Shown: in pieces, positions 19,901-27,374 of the stretch
Layout of the letters: each line of letters opens with the position of its first letter
Numbering within the stretch: the stretch's first letter is position 1
Sequence record: DRR723986_6309
DNA length: 37,288 bases
Strand: one strand, 5' to 3'
Program-made: the position numbers and the translations under genes
Notes under the pieces: generated by a model
The model's database searches: none
The model's input: the letters and a program-made list of their open reading frames with translations, nothing else
What the model was told of the DNA's origin: nothing

Positions 19901-20608
19901 ATGACCACCAAGCCGAAAATTGACGAGGCGCTACGCGACCAAATCCTGGCCCAGCCCGATGTGGTGCTGGAAGATGCCGATTTGATGCGCGCCTTGGTCA
20001 TGGCCAATGACCGCGCCATGGGCAGCAATATCGTGGATCTGCGCGGGCTTGCGATGGAGCGGCTAGAGGCGCGCCTGACCCGGCTGGAAGACACCCATCG
20101 CAACGTGATCGCCGCCGCCTATGAAAACCTGGCGGGCACAAACCAGGTGCACCGCGCCATTTTGTGCATGCTAGACCCGATTGATTTCGAAGGGTTTTTG
20201 CGCAACCTCGGCAGCGAGGTGGCAGCCATTTTGCGTGTGGATACCATCCGCTTGGTGCTGGAAAGCGCCCAACCAGATGGCGCGCCTGCGACCGAGAAAC
20301 TGGGCAATGTGCTGCATGTGGCGGGGCCTGGGTTTGTCGATGATTATCTGACCGGCGGGCGCGGCACGCCCGTGCGCCCGGTGGTGTTGCGCCAAATCCG
20401 CGAGGGCAGCACGGCAGTTTATGGCGAGGCCTCGGGGTGGTTGCGATCCGAGGCCTGTTTGCGGCTGGATTTCGGCAGCGGCCGCCTGCCCGGCATGTTG
20501 GTGATGGGCGCCGAAGACCCGCATCAGTTTTCACCCAGTCAAGGCGTTGATTTGCTGACATTTTTCGCAGGCGTCTTTGAAAGGGCGATGCGCCGTTGGC
20601 TGTCATGA
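19901..20608 (+). CDS. DUF484 (YigA-like) protein
   Basis: NIVDLR, coiled coil, C-terminal FSPSQGVDLLTFF; overlaps the xerC start as in the conserved yigA-xerC pair. Confidence 0.88.
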   Translation: MTTKPKIDEALRDQILAQPDVVLEDADLMRALVMANDRAMGSNIVDLRGLAMERLEARLTRLEDTHRNVIAAAYENLAGTNQVHRAILCMLDPIDFEGFLRNLGSEVAAILRVDTIRLVLESAQPDGAPATEKLGNVLHVAGPGFVDDYLTGGRGTPVRPVVLRQIREGSTAVYGEASGWLRSEACLRLDFGSGRLPGMLVMGAEDPHQFSPSQGVDLLTFFAGVFERAMRRWLS

Positions 20609-21546
20609 GCCATGTCTCACCCGGCGCCATGCAAGCCATGGCCGATTGGCTGGATCGTCAAAGCGCGCTCAAGGGCGCGGCCGACAACACAATTGCCGCC
20701 TATCGCCATGATGTAGCAGGGTTTTTGGGGTTTTTGGGCCAGCATTTGGGGCAGGCGCCGGGCCCGGGCGCTTTGGGCGGGGTGCAAACCAGTGACATGC
20801 GCGCCTGGATGGCGCATGAACGCGCGCAGGGCATCGGCCCACGCTCGCTGGCGCGCAAACTGTCTGCGGTCAAAAGCTTTATTCGCTGGCTGGCCGAACG
20901 TGACGGGTTTGAGCCCACCGCCATTTTGGCCACGCGCAGCCCGAAGTTTCAGAAAAAACTGCCCCGCCCCTTGGCTGTGGATGCCGCCCGCGCCATGCTG
21001 GACCGGGTTGAATTACAAGCCCCGGCACCTTGGGTGGCGGCGCGCGATCTGGCGGTTGTCACGCTGCTTTATGGCTGCGGGTTGCGCATATCCGAGGCGC
21101 TTTCGCTGCGCGGGGCCGATGTGCCCCTGGGCGATATGCTGCGCATCTTGGGCAAGGGCGGCAAAGAGCGCTTGGTGCCGGTTTTGCCTGCCGCCCAACA
21201 GGCCATGGCCCAATATCTGCGCCTGTTGCCACACCCGCTGGCGGCCGATGGCGCCGTGTTTCTTGGCGTGCGGGGGGGGCCGTTGGGCCCGCGCGCCATA
21301 CAAAAAGTGGTCGAACAGGCGCGCCTGCAGCTGGGCCTGCCCGCCACGGCCACGCCCCATGCCATGCGCCACAGCTTTGCCACCCATTTGCTGGATGCAG
21401 GCGGCGATTTGCGCGCCATTCAGGAATTGCTGGGGCATGCCTCGCTCTCCACAACGCAGGCCTATACAGCCGTGGACACCGCCCGCCTGCTGCAGGTCTA
21501 CCAGGCCACCCACCCCCGGGCACGCGCGACGATTTCTGAAAGGTAG
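20605..21546 (+). CDS. xerC: Chromosomal tyrosine recombinase XerC
   Basis: LLYGCGLRISE, GKGGKER, HAMRHSFATHLL, LLGHASLSTTQAY, HPRA; DUF484-xerC synteny. Confidence 0.92.
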   Translation: MSHVSPGAMQAMADWLDRQSALKGAADNTIAAYRHDVAGFLGFLGQHLGQAPGPGALGGVQTSDMRAWMAHERAQGIGPRSLARKLSAVKSFIRWLAERDGFEPTAILATRSPKFQKKLPRPLAVDAARAMLDRVELQAPAPWVAARDLAVVTLLYGCGLRISEALSLRGADVPLGDMLRILGKGGKERLVPVLPAAQQAMAQYLRLLPHPLAADGAVFLGVRGGPLGPRAIQKVVEQARLQLGLPATATPHAMRHSFATHLLDAGGDLRAIQELLGHASLSTTQAYTAVDTARLLQVYQATHPRARATISER

Positions 21547-21552
21547 GTCATT

Positions 21553-22254
21553 TTGTCGATCCAGTTCAAAGCGTTATTGGTGCATTTGCTCACCGCGACG
21601 GGTGCCGTTTTTGCCATGCTGGCGATGCTGGCCGCCGTCGAGGAAAAATGGAGCTTGATGTTTTTATGGCTGGTCGTGGCCTTTGCCGTCGATGGGATCG
21701 ATGGCCCATTGGCGCGCAAATATGACGTCAAAACCAACGCCCCCGAATTTGACGGGGTGTTATTGGATCTGATCATCGATTACCTGACTTATGTTTTCGT
21801 GCCCGCCTATGCGCTGTTCAAATCGGGGCTGTTGCCGGGCTGGACAGGCTGGTTTGCCATTATCGTCATCACCTTTGCCAGCGCCATGTATTTCGCAGAC
21901 AACAGAATGAAAACAAAAGACAATTCATTCTCGGGCTTTCCTGGATGCTGGAACATGCTGGTGCTGGTATTGTTTGCCGTGCAGCCCAATTTCTATGTCA
22001 TCGTGGGGCTGGTGGCGCTGTTGGCGATTGCCATGTTCACCCCCCTCAAGTTCATCCATCCCGTGCGCACGCTGCGCTGGCGCAGCCTGTCATTGCCCGT
22101 GGCGCTGGCCTGGACGATTTTTGCAGGCTGGGCTGCATGGGTTGATTTTCACCCCGGCAGCTGGGCGCATTGGGGGCTGGTGGCCACCAGCCTGTATTTG
22201 CTGGGTGTGGGGATTATGCAGCAATTGATCCCCGCGCGCACCACCCCCAGCTAA
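21553..22254 (+). CDS. pcs: Phosphatidylcholine synthase (CDP-alcohol phosphatidyltransferase)
   Basis: VHLLTATG, DGIDGPLAR...DGVLLDLIIDY, FSGFP, FIHPVR; TTG start. Confidence 0.9.
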   Translation: MSIQFKALLVHLLTATGAVFAMLAMLAAVEEKWSLMFLWLVVAFAVDGIDGPLARKYDVKTNAPEFDGVLLDLIIDYLTYVFVPAYALFKSGLLPGWTGWFAIIVITFASAMYFADNRMKTKDNSFSGFPGCWNMLVLVLFAVQPNFYVIVGLVALLAIAMFTPLKFIHPVRTLRWRSLSLPVALAWTIFAGWAAWVDFHPGSWAHWGLVATSLYLLGVGIMQQLIPARTTPS

Positions 22255-22259
22255 GCACA

Positions 22260-22286
22260 AAAAAGGCACGCAAAGCGTGCCTTTTT
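22260..22286. terminator. Bidirectional intrinsic terminator between pcs and ileS
   Basis: AAAAAGGCACGC-AAA-GCGTGCCTTTTT. Confidence 0.9.
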
Positions 22287-22313
22287 CGCGGTATTTCGGC
22301 CAAGCAGGCCGGG

Positions 22314-25211
22314 CTAGCCCAGCGCGCTATCGCAGCGCTGGCACACGGCTGCGTGGCTGTGGCTGCCCACATCTGGCAGGATTTTCCAGCAGCGTTCGCA
22401 TTTCGTGCCATCGGCCTTTTCAAACACCACGCCCACGCCCGGCACATCGGCCATAGCAAAGGCATCCGCCGGGGCGGTGCCCATGTGCAGCGTCACCGCA
22501 GAGGTGATGCAGATATCTTCAAAGGCCACGGTTTTCAGCGCCTCTAGCAGCTGCGCATCCTCTAGATAAACCACTGGCGCCGCCTCTAGGCTGGCACCAA
22601 TCACCTTGTCGCGGCGCTGCAGCTCCAGCGCAGCTGTCACCACGCGGCGCACCTTGCGAATGCCCGCCCATTTCGCCGCCAGATCCGGGTTTTGCCAGCT
22701 GTCAGGCGTATCGGGGAAATCGTGCAAATGCACCGAGGCACCCGGCCCCTTGTGCCGCTCTAGCCAGACCTCTTCCATGGTGAACACCAAAATCGGGGCC
22801 AGCCATGTGGTCAGACGGTGAAACAAAATATCCATCACACTGCGCGCAGCACGGCGGCGCAAACTGTCGCCATCGCAATAAAGCGCGTCTTTGCGGATAT
22901 CAAAATAATAGGCCGAAAGATCAACGGTGGCAAAGTTGAACAGGGCCTGGAACACGCCTTGGAAATCGTATTCCGCATAGCCTTTGCGCACCTGGCCATC
23001 CAATTCCCACAACCGGTGCAACACCCAGCGCTCTAGCTCGGGCATATCGGCGGGATCCACCTGCTGATCGGGGGTATAATCGGCCAGCGCGCCCAGCATA
23101 AAGCGCATGGTATTGCGCAGCCGGCGGTAGCTGTCTGCCACGCCTTTGATGATCTTGTCACCGATGCGCAGATCGACGGTATAGTCAGATTGTGCCACCC
23201 ACAGGCGCAAGATATCGGCACCATATTGGTCGATCACCTCTTGCGGGGCCACGGTATTGCCCAGGGATTTGGACATTTTCATGCCCTTTTCATCCAGCGT
23301 AAAGCCGTGGGTCAGCACCCCGCGATAGGGCGCGCGCCCCTTGGTGCCACAGGCCTGCAACATCGAGGAATGAAACCACCCGCGGTGCTGGTCGGTGCCT
23401 TCGAGATAGAGATCGGCAATGCCATCAGCCGCGCCATCGGCGCGGTCGCGCAGCACGAATGCATGGGTCGAACCGGAATCAAACCACACATCAAGCACGT
23501 CAAAAACCTGCTGATATTCATCTGGGTTGGCATCATTGCCAAACACCCGCTCTTTAAAGCCATCGGCATACCACACATCGGCGCCCTCGGCCTCGAAGGC
23601 CTCGGCGATGCGGGCGTTGATGGCGGGATTGCGCAGCAAGAAATCTTCGTCGGTGGGCCGCGCGCCCTTTTTCACAAAGCAGGTCAGCGGCACACCCCAG
23701 GCACGCTGGCGCGATAGCACCCAATCGGGGCGGGCCTCGATCATGGAATAAAGCCGGTTGCGCCCGGTGGCAGGTGTCCATTTCACCAGCTGATCGATCG
23801 AGGTAAGCGCGCGTTCACGGATGGTTTTGCCATAGCTGTCTTGGCCATCCCCAACCGCACGATCGATCGCGGCAAACCATTGCGGGGTGTTGCGATAGAT
23901 CAGCGGCGCCTTGCTGCGCCACGAATGGGGGTAGGAATGTTTCAGCTTGGCCTTGCCAAACAACGCCCCTGCCCCGTGCATCGCCTTGATATTGGCCACA
24001 TTGGCGGGGCCCTCTTTGCCATCGGGCAAGATGATGTGTTGCCCGCCAAACAGGGGCAGATCGGCGCGGTAGCTGCTGTCTTCGGTGACGTTATAGGTCA
24101 TCGGCAGGCCGTATTGCAGGCCCAGCTGATAATCGTCGTCGCCATGGCTGGGCGCGGTATGCACAAAGCCTGTGCCGGCCTCTTCGGTGACATGATCGCC
24201 CGGCAGCATCGGCACGTCGTAATCCCATTCGCCCTGGCCGCCTTCGACGCCGCGATAGGGGTGGGCCAGCACCATGCCTTGCAGCGCGGCTGTGTCGATA
24301 TCGCGCAGCTTTTCAAAGCCTGTCACGCGCACGCCGGCCATCACGCTTTCGGCCAGCGAATTGGCCAGCAGCACCACCTCGCCCAGTTGGGCGCTGGAAT
24401 GCTCGTGCACCTCGGTGACGCGGTAAAGCCCATATGAAATGCCCGGCCCATAGGCCACAGCGCGGTTTTGCGGGATGGTCCATGGCGTTGTGGTCCAGAT
24501 CACAACCGTGAAATCGCCCGCATCAACCGCAGCCCCCCCCTGCACCGGGCGAAAGCGCACCCATACCTGGTGGCTGGTGTGGTCGTGATATTCCACCTCG
24601 GCTTCGGCCAGGGCGGTTTTTTCCACAGGCGACCACATAACGGGTTTCGAGCCTTGATAAAGCGTGCCGTTCATCAGCAGCTTCATAAATTCTTCGGCGA
24701 TCACCCGCTCGGCGTGGAAATCCATGGTCAAATACGGCTTGGCCCAATTGCCGGTGATGCCAAGGCGCTGGAATTCATCGCGCTGCACGTCGATCCAGCC
24801 TTCGGCAAATCGGCGGCATTCCTGGCGGAAATCGACGATATTCACCTCGTCTTTATTCTTGCCCTCGGCGCGGTATTTTTCCTCGATTTTCCATTCGATG
24901 GGCAGGCCGTGACAATCCCAGCCGGGCACATAACGCGCGTCATGGCCCAGCATTTGCTGGCTGCGCACGATGAAATCTTTCAAGATCTTGTTCAGCGCAT
25001 GGCCGATGTGCAGATGCCCGTTCGCATAGGGGGGGCCATCGTGCAAGATAAAGGGCGGGCGGCCCTGTTTTTCGCGCAGGCGGTCGTAGATGCCAATATC
25101 CGCCCAACGGGCCAGCCAGCCCGGCTCGCGCTGGGGCAGGCCTGCGCGCATGGGAAATTCGGTTTCGGGCAGATTCAGGGTGTCTTTATAGTCGGGCGTA
25201 TCGGCGCACAT
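22314..25211 (-). CDS. ileS: Isoleucine--tRNA ligase (type 1)
   Basis: DGPPYANGHLHIGH, WTTTPWT, GTGFVH editing domain, KMSKS, C-terminal CxxC...CxxC zinc finger. Start MCAD (25211) with SD AAAGGA; an in-frame upstream ATG exists at 25271. Confidence 0.98.
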   Translation of the reverse strand: MCADTPDYKDTLNLPETEFPMRAGLPQREPGWLARWADIGIYDRLREKQGRPPFILHDGPPYANGHLHIGHALNKILKDFIVRSQQMLGHDARYVPGWDCHGLPIEWKIEEKYRAEGKNKDEVNIVDFRQECRRFAEGWIDVQRDEFQRLGITGNWAKPYLTMDFHAERVIAEEFMKLLMNGTLYQGSKPVMWSPVEKTALAEAEVEYHDHTSHQVWVRFRPVQGGAAVDAGDFTVVIWTTTPWTIPQNRAVAYGPGISYGLYRVTEVHEHSSAQLGEVVLLANSLAESVMAGVRVTGFEKLRDIDTAALQGMVLAHPYRGVEGGQGEWDYDVPMLPGDHVTEEAGTGFVHTAPSHGDDDYQLGLQYGLPMTYNVTEDSSYRADLPLFGGQHIILPDGKEGPANVANIKAMHGAGALFGKAKLKHSYPHSWRSKAPLIYRNTPQWFAAIDRAVGDGQDSYGKTIRERALTSIDQLVKWTPATGRNRLYSMIEARPDWVLSRQRAWGVPLTCFVKKGARPTDEDFLLRNPAINARIAEAFEAEGADVWYADGFKERVFGNDANPDEYQQVFDVLDVWFDSGSTHAFVLRDRADGAADGIADLYLEGTDQHRGWFHSSMLQACGTKGRAPYRGVLTHGFTLDEKGMKMSKSLGNTVAPQEVIDQYGADILRLWVAQSDYTVDLRIGDKIIKGVADSYRRLRNTMRFMLGALADYTPDQQVDPADMPELERWVLHRLWELDGQVRKGYAEYDFQGVFQALFNFATVDLSAYYFDIRKDALYCDGDSLRRRAARSVMDILFHRLTTWLAPILVFTMEEVWLERHKGPGASVHLHDFPDTPDSWQNPDLAAKWAGIRKVRRVVTAALELQRRDKVIGASLEAAPVVYLEDAQLLEALKTVAFEDICITSAVTLHMGTAPADAFAMADVPGVGVVFEKADGTKCERCWKILPDVGSHSHAAVCQRCDSALG

Positions 25212-25298
25212 CTGTGGCGTCCTTTTCAAATCGGTCTGTCTGGAAGAAAACAGGGCGGCGCGGCAGTCCATACGCCTTTTCCCGGCGGCTCGATCGTA

Positions 25299-25349
25299 TC
25301 AGAGCGCCGGGCATATAATTCGAATAATGATCGCCAGTATCCGTGTCAT
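25299..25349 (-). CDS. Putative ileS leader peptide MTRILAIIIRIICPAL (16 aa, 6 Ile)
   Basis: ATG ACA CGG ATA CTG GCG ATC ATT ATT CGA ATT ATA TGC CCG GCG CTC TGA, 87 nt upstream of the ileS ATG; its 3' end overlaps a hairpin at 25281-25311. Confidence 0.8.
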   Translation of the reverse strand: MTRILAIIIRIICPAL

Positions 25350-25356
25350 GTGCGGC

Positions 25357-25385
25357 GTTATAAGCTGCTGTTTGGCAGCCGTCCA
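25357..25385 (-). promoter_or_regulatory. Sigma70-type promoter for the leader peptide-ileS transcript
   Basis: TGGACG-N17-TATAAC followed by 7 nt and then the leader ATG. Confidence 0.65.
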
Positions 25386-25414
25386 GTGGGGCTTTGGGGG
25401 GTATTTGCCGCCCG

Positions 25415-25885
25415 TCAAGCGGGGTTTGGCACGTTTATCGGGTTTGTCAGCAACAAGGGCTCTGGGCGGGTATTGGCCAGCGATTGCCCGCGCGCGTTGC
25501 GTTCGATCAGATAGGCAAACGAGCGTGTCACCTCGTGCAGGCGCGCCTCGGCCCTTTCGGCACGAGCCTGCGCGGCGGCCACTTGCTGCTTAAGGTCTTG
25601 AATTTGTGCGCGCTGATGGTGGCGTTCGGCTTTGACCATTTCCAAGGCAACCGCCAATTCAAGGTTTTTGGCCTTGGCATCATTTAAACTTTGCGACAAA
25701 TGCGCCAATTCCGCCTCGGCACTGCCAGAATAGGTGCCCAGCTTGGCCACCAAACGCAAGGCTTGCTCTAGCTCTAGCCCATCGGGCTGCACCTGCTCGG
25801 CCCCCAAGATCGAGCGCGCCATATAAGCCAAGATCGCGCGCTTGCGCCCGGTGATGGTTTCCAGCTTGTCCCAGTCGATAATCAT
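25415..25885 (-). CDS. Hypothetical coiled-coil protein, 156 aa
   Basis: GGTGG SD-like sequence, ATG start, heptad-like central region (LSQSLNDAKAKNLELAVALE...); no family recognised. Confidence 0.7.
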   Translation of the reverse strand: MIIDWDKLETITGRKRAILAYMARSILGAEQVQPDGLELEQALRLVAKLGTYSGSAEAELAHLSQSLNDAKAKNLELAVALEMVKAERHHQRAQIQDLKQQVAAAQARAERAEARLHEVTRSFAYLIERNARGQSLANTRPEPLLLTNPINVPNPA

Positions 25886-26449
25886 CGGCCACCCAGCAAA
25901 GTTTCACGACACGCAAAAACCAATTACCGGGCCAAACAGATGCACTGCGCATCTAAGCTGGCCGTTTACTGCCCAAATACCTACTGCAGGCCAAGCCGAA
26001 TTGCCAGCCTGAACCGAAAAAGACAGCCAAACCAAACGCATATAAGGGGGTGCAGTTGGCTATTTCTACAAAGCTGCCACCGGGTTTTTCCCAGCCAAAT
26101 AGGGCAAACGCGAATAAAGCCCGCAATTGGTGGCGCCCATGCCATGCAATTTAATTGGTTTTTTCAGCCCCGTTTTTAGCGCTGAAAACTATTGCCAAAA
26201 AATCCATAATTTTCAGGGCTGTTTAGTTTTTGCCAGTCAAAAACCGGTCTTCACCGGATTTACATTGGCAAAAAACCGGCGGCCGGGGGAATAACCCAAT
26301 ACCCAATTTAATTAAAAACCCCATCGCATATACGAGCTTGCCCAACACATGACCGCAGCCATGGGTTGCGCCGCGGCCCACAGTTTGGGCGCGGGCATGA
26401 TGGGTTTTGCCATGGGTAAGGGGCCGTGCAAGGCTGCGAAAAACGCCGC

Positions 26450-26524
26450 TTAGATAAACGGAACCAAAGGCACACCACAGCCCGATAACAGGGCAAGGGC
26501 TGCGAAAAATACAATATGCTTCAT
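26450..26524 (-). CDS. Putative very small lipoprotein MKHIVFFAALALLSGCGVPLVPFI (24 aa)
   Basis: Basic N-terminus, hydrophobic core, lipobox LSG/C, AATAGG SD-like sequence; it is the C-terminal part of the ORF-track entry 26450..26680. Confidence 0.65.
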   Translation of the reverse strand: MKHIVFFAALALLSGCGVPLVPFI

Positions 26525-26558
26525 TAATAAACCTATTTTATTCCCGGCGCATGCCGCG

Positions 26559-26610
26559 AAAAAGGCAGAAGGGATCCAAAGTTTTAGGTAAGTCTTGGGC
26601 CCCTTCTGCC
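26559..26610 (-). terminator. Long intrinsic terminator hairpin between the two small lipoprotein genes
   Basis: Minus strand GGCAGAAGGG...CCCTTCTGCC (10-bp perfect stem plus inner CCAA/TTGG) followed by T5. Confidence 0.75.
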
Positions 26611-26619
26611 GATCTGGAA

Positions 26620-26736
26620 TTAGCCGTATTTCTGCGTGGTCGGCTCGGGCATCACAGGTGCCGGCTCGGGTGCGCTGCAAGCGGCAACGCCCAAAGTTGC
26701 GACAACGGCTACTGCCAACATAATCTTGGTTTTCAT
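26620..26736 (-). CDS. Small lipoprotein MKTKIMLAVAVVATLGVAACSAPEPAPVMPEPTTQKYG (38 aa)
   Basis: SD AGGAG at 26745-26749, lipoprotein signal with lipobox VAA/C, Pro-rich mature part, terminator just downstream. Not in the ORF track. Confidence 0.85.
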   Translation of the reverse strand: MKTKIMLAVAVVATLGVAACSAPEPAPVMPEPTTQKYG

Positions 26737-26966
26737 GATCACTACTCCTAGTCTAGGCCTTAACCGTGCTGTTTGGCAGAAATTAAGTCAACCTGCATTT
26801 CCGAAAACACCCCTAAAAAACAACTCTAGAATGAAGGTGCGGGGGTTAATTCAGCGCCAAGAGATGCACATGCAAACAAAGCGCCCCTGAACTGCTATGC
26901 TTGCAGCCCCCCCCCCGCCGGATTACGCTAGGCGCTGCGCCCCTATGTCTTATGAAGGCCCGAAAA

Positions 26967-27374
26967 ATGTCTGCTGCCCCGCCCCGTTTTCAGATCACCG
27001 CAGACGAGATCGAGCGCGTGGTCGCCAGCTTTTATGCCCATGTGCGCCAGCACCCCGGTCTTGCCCCGGTGTTTGCGGCCCATGTCCAAGACTGGCCCGC
27101 GCACGAGGAGAAAGTGGCGCATTTCTGGAAAAACGCCATCCTGCACGAAAGGGGCTATAGCGGCAATGCCGTGGCGGTGCATCGCGATGCAGGCAATGTG
27201 CGCCCAGGCATGTTCGAGCCGTGGTTGGCCCTGTTCGATATGGTTCTGCGTCACGAATTAACCGCCGAACAGGCACAAGCCTGGAGCGCGCTGGCCCATC
27301 GTATTGGCCGTTCGGTGCGCGCCGGCGTGCTAGAGCGCGCCCAAGGCCCGGGCGGCGTGCCATTGCTGCGCTAA
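26967..27374 (+). CDS. Group III truncated hemoglobin (trHbP/Ctb-like)
   Basis: VVASFYAHVR (B10 Tyr), LAPVF, WPAHEEKVAHFW, proximal His in AVAVH, FEPWLALF (G8 Trp). Confidence 0.9.
   Translation: MSAAPPRFQITADEIERVVASFYAHVRQHPGLAPVFAAHVQDWPAHEEKVAHFWKNAILHERGYSGNAVAVHRDAGNVRPGMFEPWLALFDMVLRHELTAEQAQAWSALAHRIGRSVRAGVLERAQGPGGVPLLR

Noticed and set aside
20605-21546. Tyrosine recombinase as a phage or island integrase
   Set aside because: DUF484-xerC synteny, XerC-type motifs and core-gene flanks; no att-like repeats, tRNA or cargo genes.
25212-25385. T-box riboswitch upstream of ileS
   Set aside because: No T-box consensus or stem I features and the leader is too short; a leader peptide explains the region better.
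26429-26563. Possible mini CRISPR array from repeats about 60 nt apart
   Set aside because: Repeats are only 11-17 nt, imperfect and unevenly spaced; no cas genes in the window.
26760-26849. CtrA binding sites (TTAACC and GGTTAA half-sites)
   Set aside because: No full TTAA-N7-TTAA match; half-sites are expected by chance in AT-rich DNA.
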